A stretch of 64,000 nt of DNA. It comes from Dehalococcoidia bacterium. GTDB taxonomy: Bacteria; Chloroflexota; Dehalococcoidia; SHYB01. The DNA lies in NCBI GenBank assembly GCA_965248515.1, contig CBDFJU010000003.1, positions 79,254 to 143,253 on the forward strand, given 5' to 3'. This document shows positions 9,688 through 18,186 of this stretch, piece by piece (position 1 is the first letter of the stretch; each line of letters opens with the position of its first letter). Made by a program: the position numbers and the translations under genes. Below the pieces are notes generated by a model. The model was not told the DNA's origin and did not search any database. It saw nothing but the letters and a program-made list of their open reading frames with translations.

Positions 9688-10578
9688 ATGCAATTAGGCA
9701 ATGGTTCGGACGAAGAGGCGCTGGAGTTTTCGTTCAAATACAATCCGCCGATGGACCATGAGGTGGCCCAACGGAACCTGAAGGAGGCTAAGCAGATATT
9801 CCATCAGCTGGGAATCGTGTTCCTCCTCTATTCGGGAACGTGTCTCGGCGCTATCAGGGACAACGCCTTCATTCCATGGGACGACGATATGGACGTCATT
9901 TCCGTGGTCGGCCTCAACGGCCTCACCGACGAGTCGGTAGATGCAGCCGTGCGCGTCTTTGAGAAGAACGGATACTACGTCCGTGAGTCGGCTGGCGCCT
10001 ACGCCAGAAGCATGTCCATGATCAAAGACCACGTGAGGATAGGATGGGACTGTGCGTCTATCACCGACGACAGCATCTACGCCTATCCCGGGGTCCGCAT
10101 CCCCGCTAATTTCTTCACCGAGCCTCGAGAAGTGAGATTCCTCGGCGAGAGCTTCCTGGTGCCGAGCCCACCCGAGGAGTACCTGCGTTTGAAGTATGGC
10201 GAGGAGTGGAGGATACCGAAAAAAGCGGGCACATACGAGATAGACGTCGTGGAAAAGATCCCCGGCGCAGACCTGATCGGAGCCCCCAGCAGGGTCAGAG
10301 TGCTGGACGACAAGGGCGACCCTGTCCATAGGGCCGAGGTGGTGCTCGTTGGAGGCGGTCGCTGCGAGACTGACGAGGGCGGTTACGCCGAGATCATCGT
10401 TCCGGGTCTCGCCTGGTATGCCCTCGTCATCAGGTATCCAGGGCACGAAGAAGTACTCTACATGGAAGAAATCGAACCCGATAGGACGTACGTGTACAGG
10501 GCGGACCACGCGTCGAACGTAGCCAGCAGCGTCTCGGGCTCGGTCGGGACGCTAGGGAGAGTCCTGACGCTTGAGTGA
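9688..10578 (+). CDS. licD: LicD family phospho-aminoalcohol (phosphocholine-type) transferase
   Basis: LLYSGTCLGAIRDNAFIPWDDDMDV matches the LicD/fukutin nucleotidyltransferase-fold motif; GGGAGG RBS; lower GC than surroundings. Confidence 0.75.
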   Translation: MQLGNGSDEEALEFSFKYNPPMDHEVAQRNLKEAKQIFHQLGIVFLLYSGTCLGAIRDNAFIPWDDDMDVISVVGLNGLTDESVDAAVRVFEKNGYYVRESAGAYARSMSMIKDHVRIGWDCASITDDSIYAYPGVRIPANFFTEPREVRFLGESFLVPSPPEEYLRLKYGEEWRIPKKAGTYEIDVVEKIPGADLIGAPSRVRVLDDKGDPVHRAEVVLVGGGRCETDEGGYAEIIVPGLAWYALVIRYPGHEEVLYMEEIEPDRTYVYRADHASNVASSVSGSVGTLGRVLTLE

Positions 10579-10606
10579 GCTCAAGCTGTCAGTGAACCCC
10601 GCCGTC

Positions 10607-11422
10607 TCATAGGCGGTCGCGTACGGGCGCTGTTCTCCGCTCGTCCGGGACCACCCGAGGTCCCGATCGGAGATCCAGACCAAGCGCCGGAGAAAGCCGC
10701 ATCTTCTCCGCGTCCACGAGGTCTTCCCGAGTGTCGATTTCGCCCCAGGCGCGAGGGCCGGTGCGCAAGACTTCAAGCTGAAGGGTCCCTTCCGCGATGG
10801 CGCTGGATATCGCCGCTTCGTAAAAGATATCGGTCTGGCCCTGCGAGACGTAGGCAGCGAGTGCGGGCATCAGAACGTAGCTGACGGCCTGGTGAGAGAA
10901 TTTGTAGATGTTCACCGTCTTGAGTGCGGATTCGTAGTCGAAGCCACGGGGCTGCTCCCGCCCGAGCACCATTGCGGTCGCCCTGTCGCCATGCGTCAGG
11001 ACCACCGTCCCGTTCATGAACGGCTGGAAGCGATCTACAACAGCGGCGTTCTTGTTGGGAACCTCGAGGAGGTCCATCAGGAGTCCGGAGTCGAAGACCA
11101 GGTCTCCTTCCAGCAGCAACAGGTCTTCGGTTATCCGGGGCCGAGCCAACCAGAGCGAGTAGATGTTGTTCGTGCGATCGAAAATTTCGTTCTCCACGTA
11201 CGTGATGGAGAGGTTTCGAAAATGAGCGCCAAAGTAATCGCGCACCTGCTCGGCGCGGTAGCCGACGACGATGATGCACTCCCGCAAGCCCGCGTCGCTC
11301 AGTGCCTCTAGTTGGTGTTGGAGAATCGGCTTGCCCTGCACTTCCACGAGGCACTTTGGGCAACGGTCTGTGAGCGGGCGCAGCCTTGTCCCCTGGCCGG
11401 CTGCGAGAATGACAGCTTGCAT
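10607..11422 (-). CDS. LicC-like phospho-aminoalcohol cytidylyltransferase
   Basis: AVILAAGQGTRLRPLTDRCPKCLV... and NNIYSLWLA closely parallel S. pneumoniae LicC (AIILAAGLGTRLRPMT..., NNFYSLYL). Confidence 0.75.
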   Translation of the reverse strand: MQAVILAAGQGTRLRPLTDRCPKCLVEVQGKPILQHQLEALSDAGLRECIIVVGYRAEQVRDYFGAHFRNLSITYVENEIFDRTNNIYSLWLARPRITEDLLLLEGDLVFDSGLLMDLLEVPNKNAAVVDRFQPFMNGTVVLTHGDRATAMVLGREQPRGFDYESALKTVNIYKFSHQAVSYVLMPALAAYVSQGQTDIFYEAAISSAIAEGTLQLEVLRTGPRAWGEIDTREDLVDAEKMRLSPALGLDLRSGPRVVPDERRTAPVRDRL

Positions 11423-11430
11423 CTTTGCTC

Positions 11431-12531
11431 CTACCTCCTTGCGCCCTCTGGAGCCGACGCTCCACGCGCCAGGCTCATCAGGGCCCTCACCAGCCCCTCG
11501 TTCTCCTCGGTGGTTCTCGATGCGATCCTGAAGAATCCGCTGTCCAGGCCCCGCTTGCCGCTGCAGTCATTGACCAGGACCCCACACTCGTCGAACAGAC
11601 GGGCAGCGATCCCCGACCCGGTGAGACCGGGAGACGTTCTGCAGAGCACATAGTTCCCGTGGGTCGGATAAGGTTCCAGGAAGGGCACGTTTTGAAGTGC
11701 CCGATACAGCGACTGTGCGGCCCGCGTTACCTGGTTACAGGACTCGGCGAACTGGGAGCCATACCGGCCCATGTTCTCGAGAAAGAATTGCGCGAGCGAG
11801 TTAATGCTCCAGATCGGCAGCTCCGCCCGCAGCCTCGCAATGAACCGCGCGTCTCCCGAGGCGGCGTATCCCAGACGCAGGCCGGGGACCCCGTATGCCT
11901 TTGACATGCTGTTGACGATCACCAGGTTCGGGAAATCGTGGATCAGGCCCGCCACGCTGAGGTCTGGGTAGTCCGGTCCCGCGAAGTACAGGAACGACTC
12001 GTCCACAAGAACGATGTCGAGATCGCCGAAGGCCCGGAGCATCTGAACGACCTCGTCCTTCGAGACCAGTGTGCCGGCTGGATTGTTGGGCCGTATGATG
12101 GTCACCGAGTTGGCGCCCACCTCCGACACGTGGGCTATGAACCCATCTACGTCCAGACTGAAGTCGTCCCCCATCGCATACGGGCTCACCCGCTTGCCCT
12201 GAGTCTCCGCCCTGTTCCAATACTCGTCGAAGGTCGGGATGGGTATCGCAAGATGCTCGACGCGTAGCGCGGTGATGGCGTTGATGAGCTCGCTTGCGCC
12301 GTTACCGACGACCAGCTCGTCGGGAGTCCAGCCCAGGGGCTCGGCGACCAGGCTCGATAGGTGACGGTTCGTCGAAGGGTAGGACCCCACGAGCGTCCGA
12401 AGACTCGACGAGAGCGACTCGAAGAACTCCTCCGGCGGGAAATAGCGGTTCGTCATATAGCAGAAGTCCTGGACGTTAAAATTCCAGAACCCGCCGTAAA
12501 GCGACGAGACGGCTCTCCTGTCTCCAGCCAT
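11431..12531 (-). CDS. class I/II PLP-dependent aminotransferase-fold enzyme, CobD-like (Thr/Ser-phosphate decarboxylase family)
   Basis: fold-type I PLP enzyme pattern (SMSKAYGVPGLRLGY Lys region), histidinol-P aminotransferase/CobD-like length; co-oriented and adjacent to licC-like. Confidence 0.65.
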   Translation of the reverse strand: MAGDRRAVSSLYGGFWNFNVQDFCYMTNRYFPPEEFFESLSSSLRTLVGSYPSTNRHLSSLVAEPLGWTPDELVVGNGASELINAITALRVEHLAIPIPTFDEYWNRAETQGKRVSPYAMGDDFSLDVDGFIAHVSEVGANSVTIIRPNNPAGTLVSKDEVVQMLRAFGDLDIVLVDESFLYFAGPDYPDLSVAGLIHDFPNLVIVNSMSKAYGVPGLRLGYAASGDARFIARLRAELPIWSINSLAQFFLENMGRYGSQFAESCNQVTRAAQSLYRALQNVPFLEPYPTHGNYVLCRTSPGLTGSGIAARLFDECGVLVNDCSGKRGLDSGFFRIASRTTEENEGLVRALMSLARGASAPEGARR

Positions 12532-13008
12532 GCATCTCCTTCAGTAGAAATCGCGTCGGGCCGCTCAGGCGGCGTAGTGTTCGGATGGTAGCCCGCACGG
12601 CGGTTCCCTCGGCCAGAACAATTGGGAGCGGCTCCGCAAGCCCGTTGCGACAGGTCGCTAGTCGCGGGCTGAACAGGCCATTGCCGGGGTGCCGTCCATG
12701 GGCCGCCCTGCGGAGCCGCGTCAGGCGGGAGGTTCTACGGCCTCCGGGCGAGGGCTGCGGCCCAGGCTGCCTCGCCGGGGAAGAAACCCGATACCAGCCA
12801 TCAGAGCGGGTGCGATACCCTGCGGAACCACGGGGCCCCGGTGCGTGCGGGACACACTCGATAGCCAGTGCGTTTTTGCGGATCTTTTAATCAAACTGGA
12901 TGTGGACCTCGGGGTACGCGGCGAGTGTACACGGGCGCTGTGATTTGTCAACGCCCGCGAAAGCTCGCCGGTATCGCCGAACGACGCCCTGGCGCTCGAG
13001 AAGAAGGG

Positions 13009-13539
13009 CTAGGCGGCGTTGCCGGACCCGGCGATGAGCGCGACAATGACGAGTCTCAGCAGGAAACCGGGGGCCACCGCCAACAATGCCCTGAACCCGG
13101 ACACGCCCAGGGTGGCTTTTACCGCCACGACCATCGTGGCTACCATGTAGAAGACCACCAACCCCGACAGTATCGGCCCAAACCCAGGGATGAACACAAA
13201 TACGAACAGGAGCCCGGGCGATGTCGAATAGCCGAGGGCGCCAGCCAACTCGCTAATCGATGGCTTCGGCGCTCCCGGATTCTGGCTCATCCGGCCGATC
13301 ATCAGCGCCGACGTCGCCTGGATAAGCCAGAGCCCCGGCATGATAAGGACCGCCAGGGCAATGGCGCCGCCGATACTCCGGTCTGACAGCGCGTCGTCTA
13401 TCGTAAACCCGATCGCATTGGCAAGGCTTACCAGAAGCACGACCACGAGCGCCTGTGCGCCCGCGACCGGGTCGGTCCGAAGCTCAACATAGAGCCGGGG
13501 GTCGAGCAGCGCGGCCCGGATCATTCGCGCGAACAGCAT
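13009..13539 (-). CDS. Yip1-family integral membrane protein
   Basis: five predicted TM helices, Yip1/DUF1282-like N-terminus. Confidence 0.55.
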   Translation of the reverse strand: MLFARMIRAALLDPRLYVELRTDPVAGAQALVVVLLVSLANAIGFTIDDALSDRSIGGAIALAVLIMPGLWLIQATSALMIGRMSQNPGAPKPSISELAGALGYSTSPGLLFVFVFIPGFGPILSGLVVFYMVATMVVAVKATLGVSGFRALLAVAPGFLLRLVIVALIAGSGNAA

Positions 13540-13691
13540 TTCCGTACTCCCCCGGAGCCTCGTGTTCCCTTGGGCCGCGAGGCAACGCGAGGCCCCAAGG
13601 GATTCTAGCGGCGCCCCCTGGCTCGTTCAACTTGCTTTCCCCCGTTCGCCTTCTGTAGAGCGCGCGTTTCACGAATCGAGCCTATGCCCTC

Positions 13692-13721
13692 TTGACACAT
13701 TTAGAACATCTGTACTATTAT
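13692..13721 (+). promoter_or_regulatory. promoter TTGACA-N18-TATTAT
   Basis: consensus -35 and TA-rich -10 in AT-rich patch upstream of 13779 CDS. Confidence 0.55.
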
Positions 13722-13733
13722 TCACCCAAGCAT

Positions 13734-13749
13734 TAGAACGCCTGTTCGT
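13734..13749 (+). promoter_or_regulatory. LexA/Cheo-type SOS box tAGAAC-GCCT-GTTCGt (perfect GAAC-N4-GTTC)
   Basis: palindrome read directly, lies between -10 and RBS; second imperfect copy AGAACATCTGTACT at 13703-13716 overlaps the -10. Confidence 0.5.
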
Positions 13750-13778
13750 CACGACAGCATGGCTTAGGAGTAGACACC

Positions 13779-14561
13779 ATGCCGGCAACAATGGAACGGT
13801 TCATCAGCGAGACTCCGGAGCACCAGCCCAGCCTGTTCAGCGCAGACTGGGCGTCCCGGGCCGAGCGCTTCCCGACACGAGCGACTGTCCACATTCCAGC
13901 GCAAGCCGCGGAGCGGGCGTACCCCGCGCGGACGGGACGCCTTTTCAGCCTGGGGCAGCGAGGCCTCCTCATGGGGGAGCATCCCCGACGCCGAGGGCCG
14001 GCCGCCGGAAGAGCTTATGTCGCCGGTGTCGCGCTCCCTCCCGGCAGCTCGGTCTCACGTCTCAGCCAGGTCTGGGACCGCGTCACGGTGACCATTGGCG
14101 AGCTCGACCTTCGCGACCCCCAGCCGGTCCTCCACGTCGTCGAGCACTATCGATGGCCCCTGGGGGCTGTCGATGCCGGTTTCCAAGGCATCGAGCGGCA
14201 GCTTGACGCCGACTGGAACTGCCGGCGCATCGTCGTCGGAGAGCCCTCCACGACAGGCCGCTCGAAGACCCGAGGCGCCGTCGAAATCCTCACCCTGGCG
14301 CCCGAATCGAAGTCGAGTCTCGCCGCTAGCCTGCTCCAGGCCGCCAGTGCGGCGCGAATCAAGATGTACGCGTCCGATGGCTCTCAAGAGCAGCAAGAAT
14401 TCTGGGCCCAGGCCGTGAAGGCGCAGGCCCGTTACGGACCGGACGGAAGTCTGGACTTCTTCGTCGAGCACAGCACGGGAGGCGATGGGTTCCTCCTGAG
14501 CTTGGCCCTGGTGGCGGAAGCGGCGAGGGCCCTGCTCTCGCCCAAGGCGAGAGCCGCCTAG
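13779..14561 (+). CDS. hypothetical protein (putative SOS-regulated)
   Basis: AGGAG RBS; no recognisable domain. Confidence 0.55.
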   Translation: MPATMERFISETPEHQPSLFSADWASRAERFPTRATVHIPAQAAERAYPARTGRLFSLGQRGLLMGEHPRRRGPAAGRAYVAGVALPPGSSVSRLSQVWDRVTVTIGELDLRDPQPVLHVVEHYRWPLGAVDAGFQGIERQLDADWNCRRIVVGEPSTTGRSKTRGAVEILTLAPESKSSLAASLLQAASAARIKMYASDGSQEQQEFWAQAVKAQARYGPDGSLDFFVEHSTGGDGFLLSLALVAEAARALLSPKARAA

Positions 14562-14620
14562 GCAGACCGGCCTGGACAGAGGCTCCAGGCCGCAGCGACA
14601 TGCACCACGGGAGGACTACC

Positions 14621-14917
14621 ATGCGAAGGAACGAGCCGTCTATCGATCGTTTGCCGGAGCTCACGCTCTTTCGGGACAACGGATGCGACATCCACCCCGC
14701 CTGCCTGACCTGCCCGCTGCCCCAGTGCCGCTACGACGATCCGGGGTGGATGCAGCGCGAGGAGCGCGATCAACGGGACACCCAGATATTGCAGGCGCGG
14801 GCACAGAAAGCCCTCCCCGTACACGAGCTCGCCGCCCAGTTCGGCGTCAGCACCCGCACGGTACACCGCGTCCTGCGACGCATCGACGAGGAGCAACACG
14901 TTCTCGTAGCGTCCTAG
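14621..14917 (+). CDS. small Cys4 (C-x5-C-x2-C-x4-C) protein with C-terminal HTH
   Basis: GGGAGG RBS before MRRNEPS; CDIHPACLTCPLPQC cluster; LPVHELAAQFGVSTRTVHRVL helix-turn-helix. Confidence 0.5.
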   Translation: MRRNEPSIDRLPELTLFRDNGCDIHPACLTCPLPQCRYDDPGWMQREERDQRDTQILQARAQKALPVHELAAQFGVSTRTVHRVLRRIDEEQHVLVAS

Positions 14918-15009
14918 AGCCCCGCTTTCCCGGGCTGTCTCGAACGCGTGCGCTATACTGGCCTCGGCCCCGGCCTGATCGGGGCACGCTTTCCAGGAGG
15001 CCGGCCATC

Positions 15010-16107
15010 ATGGGAGTCTACGAGCGGGCCCTCTGGCCGCTCCTGCGACGCCTGGACGCCGAGACCTCCCACAACTTGACCGTCGAGATGCTCGACGGAC
15101 TGCAAATCGTCCCCGGAACGGCGTGGGCGATGGAGCGGCTCCTGTCGTTTCAGGACTCGCGCCTGCAGTTCACCTGGCGCGGCCTCACCTTCCACAACCC
15201 CATCGGGCTCGCCGCGGGCGTGGACAAGAACGGCCGGCTGCCGCGCATCCTTCGCGCCCTGGGCCTGGGCTTCATCGAGGTCGGCACCGTCACACCCAGG
15301 CCCCAGCCCGGCAACCCGAAGCCCCGCGTCGGGCGGCTCTTGTCCCACCGCGCCCTGGTGAACCGGCTCGGGTTCCCCAGCCAGGGCGCCCAACGCGTCG
15401 CCGGCAACTTGAAGCGTCTGCGTCTCGAAAACACCCCGCTGGGCGTCAACATCAGCAAGAACGCCGCAACGCCGCTGAACGAGGCCACCGACGACTACCT
15501 GAGCTGCCTCCGCTCTCTTTACTCCTACGGCGACTACTTCGTGGTCAACGTCAGCTCGCCGAACACCGAGGGCCTGACCTCGCTGCAAGCCGCCGACGCC
15601 CTCACGGCGCTGGCCCGGGCCGTCGTTGCCGAAGCCCAGGCGCTGGCCGAGACCCGGGACCGGCCGCCAAAGCCGGTGCTGGCGAAGATTTCGCCCGACC
15701 TTTCCAAGGGCGAGCTGGACGCCGTGGTGCAGGCCAGTCTCGCCGGCGGACTCGATGGACTCATCGCGGTCAACACGTCGATAGACGCAGATCTGAGAGG
15801 CTCGGTAGGGGCCTCGATCCCCGGAGGCATCAGCGGCGAGCCCCTCCGCGAGCGGGCCATCGAGGCCGTGTCAAGAATTCGCGGCCAGGTCCCAGGTGAC
15901 TACTTCGTTATCGGCGTCGGCGGCGTGTCCGACGCCCATCACGCCTGGGAGCTCATACGAGCGGGCGCGAACGCGGTCCAGATGTACACCGGCCTCGTCT
16001 ACCGGGGACCAGGCGTCGTGGGCAATATCAACCGGGGTTTGGTCCAGCTGATGAACCAGGAGGGCCTGGGGACGATAGCTGAAGCGACGCGCCAGACGGG
16101 GCTGTAG
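15010..16107 (+). CDS. pyrD: dihydroorotate dehydrogenase (quinone), class 2
   Basis: AGGAGG RBS; GLAAGVDKNG, NVSSPNT motifs, full-length family 2 DHODH. Confidence 0.9.
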   Translation: MGVYERALWPLLRRLDAETSHNLTVEMLDGLQIVPGTAWAMERLLSFQDSRLQFTWRGLTFHNPIGLAAGVDKNGRLPRILRALGLGFIEVGTVTPRPQPGNPKPRVGRLLSHRALVNRLGFPSQGAQRVAGNLKRLRLENTPLGVNISKNAATPLNEATDDYLSCLRSLYSYGDYFVVNVSSPNTEGLTSLQAADALTALARAVVAEAQALAETRDRPPKPVLAKISPDLSKGELDAVVQASLAGGLDGLIAVNTSIDADLRGSVGASIPGGISGEPLRERAIEAVSRIRGQVPGDYFVIGVGGVSDAHHAWELIRAGANAVQMYTGLVYRGPGVVGNINRGLVQLMNQEGLGTIAEATRQTGL

Positions 16108-16128
16108 CCCGACTGGCTTTGGTGAGAA

Positions 16129-16205
16129 TGGTCGGGGCGCCGAGATTTGAACTCGGGACCCCCTGCACCCCATGCAGGTGCGCTACCGGGCTGCGCCACG
16201 CCCCG
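16129..16205 (-). tRNA. tRNA-Pro (anticodon GGG)
   Basis: 77 nt cloverleaf folded by hand: 7-bp acceptor CGGGGCG/CGCCCCG, D stem GCGC, anticodon stem CCUGC/GCAGG with loop AUGGGGU, T-arm CCGAG-UUCAAAU-CUCGG, encoded CCA. Confidence 0.9.
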
Positions 16206-16392
16206 ACGCTGTGCCCGGCGATCCCAGATTGGGTGGCGCCGCCGAGCCCCGGTAGCTTATCACGCGCTTCTCAGAAGGGGCAAGGGAGCGCGCCTGTATT
16301 CGGCGCGATTGAAGACCACCGCGGTGGCTCTGTTGATTTCACACGGTCGCCAGAATAAAATCGCGGCACGAGCCACGCCAAGAGGTGCCGCA

Positions 16393-17010
16393 ATGAGCGA
16401 CCGTATCAGCTTCGACGTCTATTTCGACTGCACCTGACCTCACGTTTATCAAGCAGCAGTTTGGCTGCGAAACGTGAGAGAGCGCTACGGCGACCGGCTC
16501 CAGATCAACTGGAAGAACTTCCCGCTGGAGCAGGTCAACTCGAAAGAGGGGCCTGACTGGTTCGTCTGGGACCAGGGTGACGACTACCCCAGTCGAGGCC
16601 TGCCCGCCTTCCGTGCCCTCGAGGCGGCCCGCCTTCAGGGCAACGCCGAGTTCGAGCGGCTGCAGTTCGCCCTCCTCGACGGACGCCACGAGCGACGCAA
16701 GGACTTCACCGATCCCGACGACATCGACGAGCTCGCGAAGGAGTCTGGCCTCGACCTCGAGCGACTCCACAAGGACATGACCAGCCCCGATATCCTGCAG
16801 CGGGTGGCGAAAGACTACCAGGCCGGCAAAGAGCGAGGAGTCTTTGGGACACCCACCTTCGTTTTCGAGAACGAGAAACAGGCCTTCGTCCGCCTCAAGG
16901 CCCCTCAAAGTGTCGACGAGTCGGTGCGCGCGTTCGAGATGTTCGTCGAGAACTTCCGTGACAACGGATACTTCGACGAGATCAAGCGGCCGAAGCCGCC
17001 GCGCGACTAG
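16393..17010 (+). CDS. DsbA/FrnE-like thioredoxin-fold oxidoreductase; putative selenoprotein (in-frame UGA at 16435-16437, motif C-T-U-P-H-V)
   Basis: ATG 16393 with AAGAGGTG RBS; 14 codons then TGA, then 12 further codons in the same frame lead into ORF 16474..17010. RISFDVYFDCT-U-PHVY...INWKNFPLEQ aligns to FrnE RVEIWSDIACPWCY...VVWRSFELDP with U on the nucleophilic Cys; C-terminal GVFGTPTFVF is DsbA-like. Confidence 0.6.
16453..16468 (+). other. SECIS-like hairpin GCAGC-AGUUUG-GCUGC 16 nt after UGA
   Basis: 5-bp perfect stem, loop contains GU; same stem sequence as hairpin at 3081-3097. Confidence 0.45.
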
Positions 17011-17040
17011 CGGTCAACCTAGCGTCAAGCTAGGCTCAAG

Positions 17041-18021
17041 TTACCGAAAGATCTCCGACGCGCGGTCGACCAGGTCGGGCGGCAGCGCGACGCCCAGTCG
17101 CTCCGCCGTGCGCTGATTCAGCCACAGGCGGGTGACGGCTCCCGTCGAAACCGGCTCCGGGCCCGCCCCTTCGCCTCGCAGCACCCTCACCGCAAGCAGT
17201 CCGGCACGGCGGCCGTGGTCCTCGTAGTCGATGCCCACCGACGCCAGGGCACCATCCTTCGCCGGCCCCTCGCTCCAACCGATGACTGCTATACCGCGCT
17301 CGTCGGCGCTCGACCGGATGTCGCTGAACTCGGCGTCCAGGAGCGGGCCTGGAGACAGGACGAGGACGCCCGCGCCATCCTCGATTACCTGGACGGTCGC
17401 CTGGGCAATCTGGTCCCTGCCGGTCACACCCGTCGCGATGACGCGGAGGCCGGCCCGAGTCGCCTCGGTGGAAAGCAGGCCGACACCGGCCCGGGAGTCC
17501 GCATCGAGCTGATCGAACAGCAGGCCCACCACACCCACCTCGGGAAGAAGCCGGCGGAGAGTCGCCACCAGTTCCACCGCGGGGACGGGCGAGGCCGCCC
17601 CGGCAACGATCGCCCGGTGGCTCCATTCGCCATGAGTGGCGCCGCCCACGGTGGGGTCGCCACTCATGGCGAAGAAGACCTGCTTCCGATCCGTCGCCTT
17701 CAACGCCGCCTCCAGCGCCGGGGTCCCAAGCGCCAGCAGATAGTCCACTTCCTCGTCGTCGACGAACTCCGCCGCTAGCTGGTCGAGCGGCTCCTCGCGG
17801 AACTTGGCGTTACGCCGAAGGAAGCGCATGTTCTCCCCGGCCCTGAAGTCAGCGTCGTCCAGCGCCTCGAGAAAGCCGGTGCGGGCGTCCTCCACAGACT
17901 CGCCGAGGTCGGGTTCGAGGATGCCGACGATGATAACGTCGCGCTGGCACGCCGATAGCAGGACCGCGAAGGCGACGGCCAGGAACGCCAGGCTTGCTCT
18001 CCGCGCGATGGGTTTCTTCAT
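17041..18021 (-). CDS. ABC transporter substrate-binding lipoprotein (ABC_sub_bind/BMP-like), orphan
   Basis: signal peptide plus LSAC lipobox; PF04392-like pattern; no cognate permease/ATPase adjacent. Confidence 0.6.
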   Translation of the reverse strand: MKKPIARRASLAFLAVAFAVLLSACQRDVIIVGILEPDLGESVEDARTGFLEALDDADFRAGENMRFLRRNAKFREEPLDQLAAEFVDDEEVDYLLALGTPALEAALKATDRKQVFFAMSGDPTVGGATHGEWSHRAIVAGAASPVPAVELVATLRRLLPEVGVVGLLFDQLDADSRAGVGLLSTEATRAGLRVIATGVTGRDQIAQATVQVIEDGAGVLVLSPGPLLDAEFSDIRSSADERGIAVIGWSEGPAKDGALASVGIDYEDHGRRAGLLAVRVLRGEGAGPEPVSTGAVTRLWLNQRTAERLGVALPPDLVDRASEIFR

Positions 18022-18186
18022 GGGCTCGCCACAGTATAGAGTAGGCGCGCGGCCTGGGAACGCCGCGTCTTGACCGGGCCGCGACCCCGCGAGTAGGATT
18101 GGGATGTCCCGAGCGTCCGAAAACTTGCATCCATGGGGTTCCATGGGCCCCATGCTCTTACAGAGCGCGCCCTAGCGCGCACGCCA

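Noticed and set aside
12532-13008. Possible cobalamin riboswitch in the 470-nt leader upstream of the CobD-like gene
   Set aside because: Checked the minus-strand sequence for the B12 box (GCCACUG) and the AGGGAA/GGUGnAAUCC elements and found none. The gene is more likely part of the lic-type cassette than of B12 synthesis.
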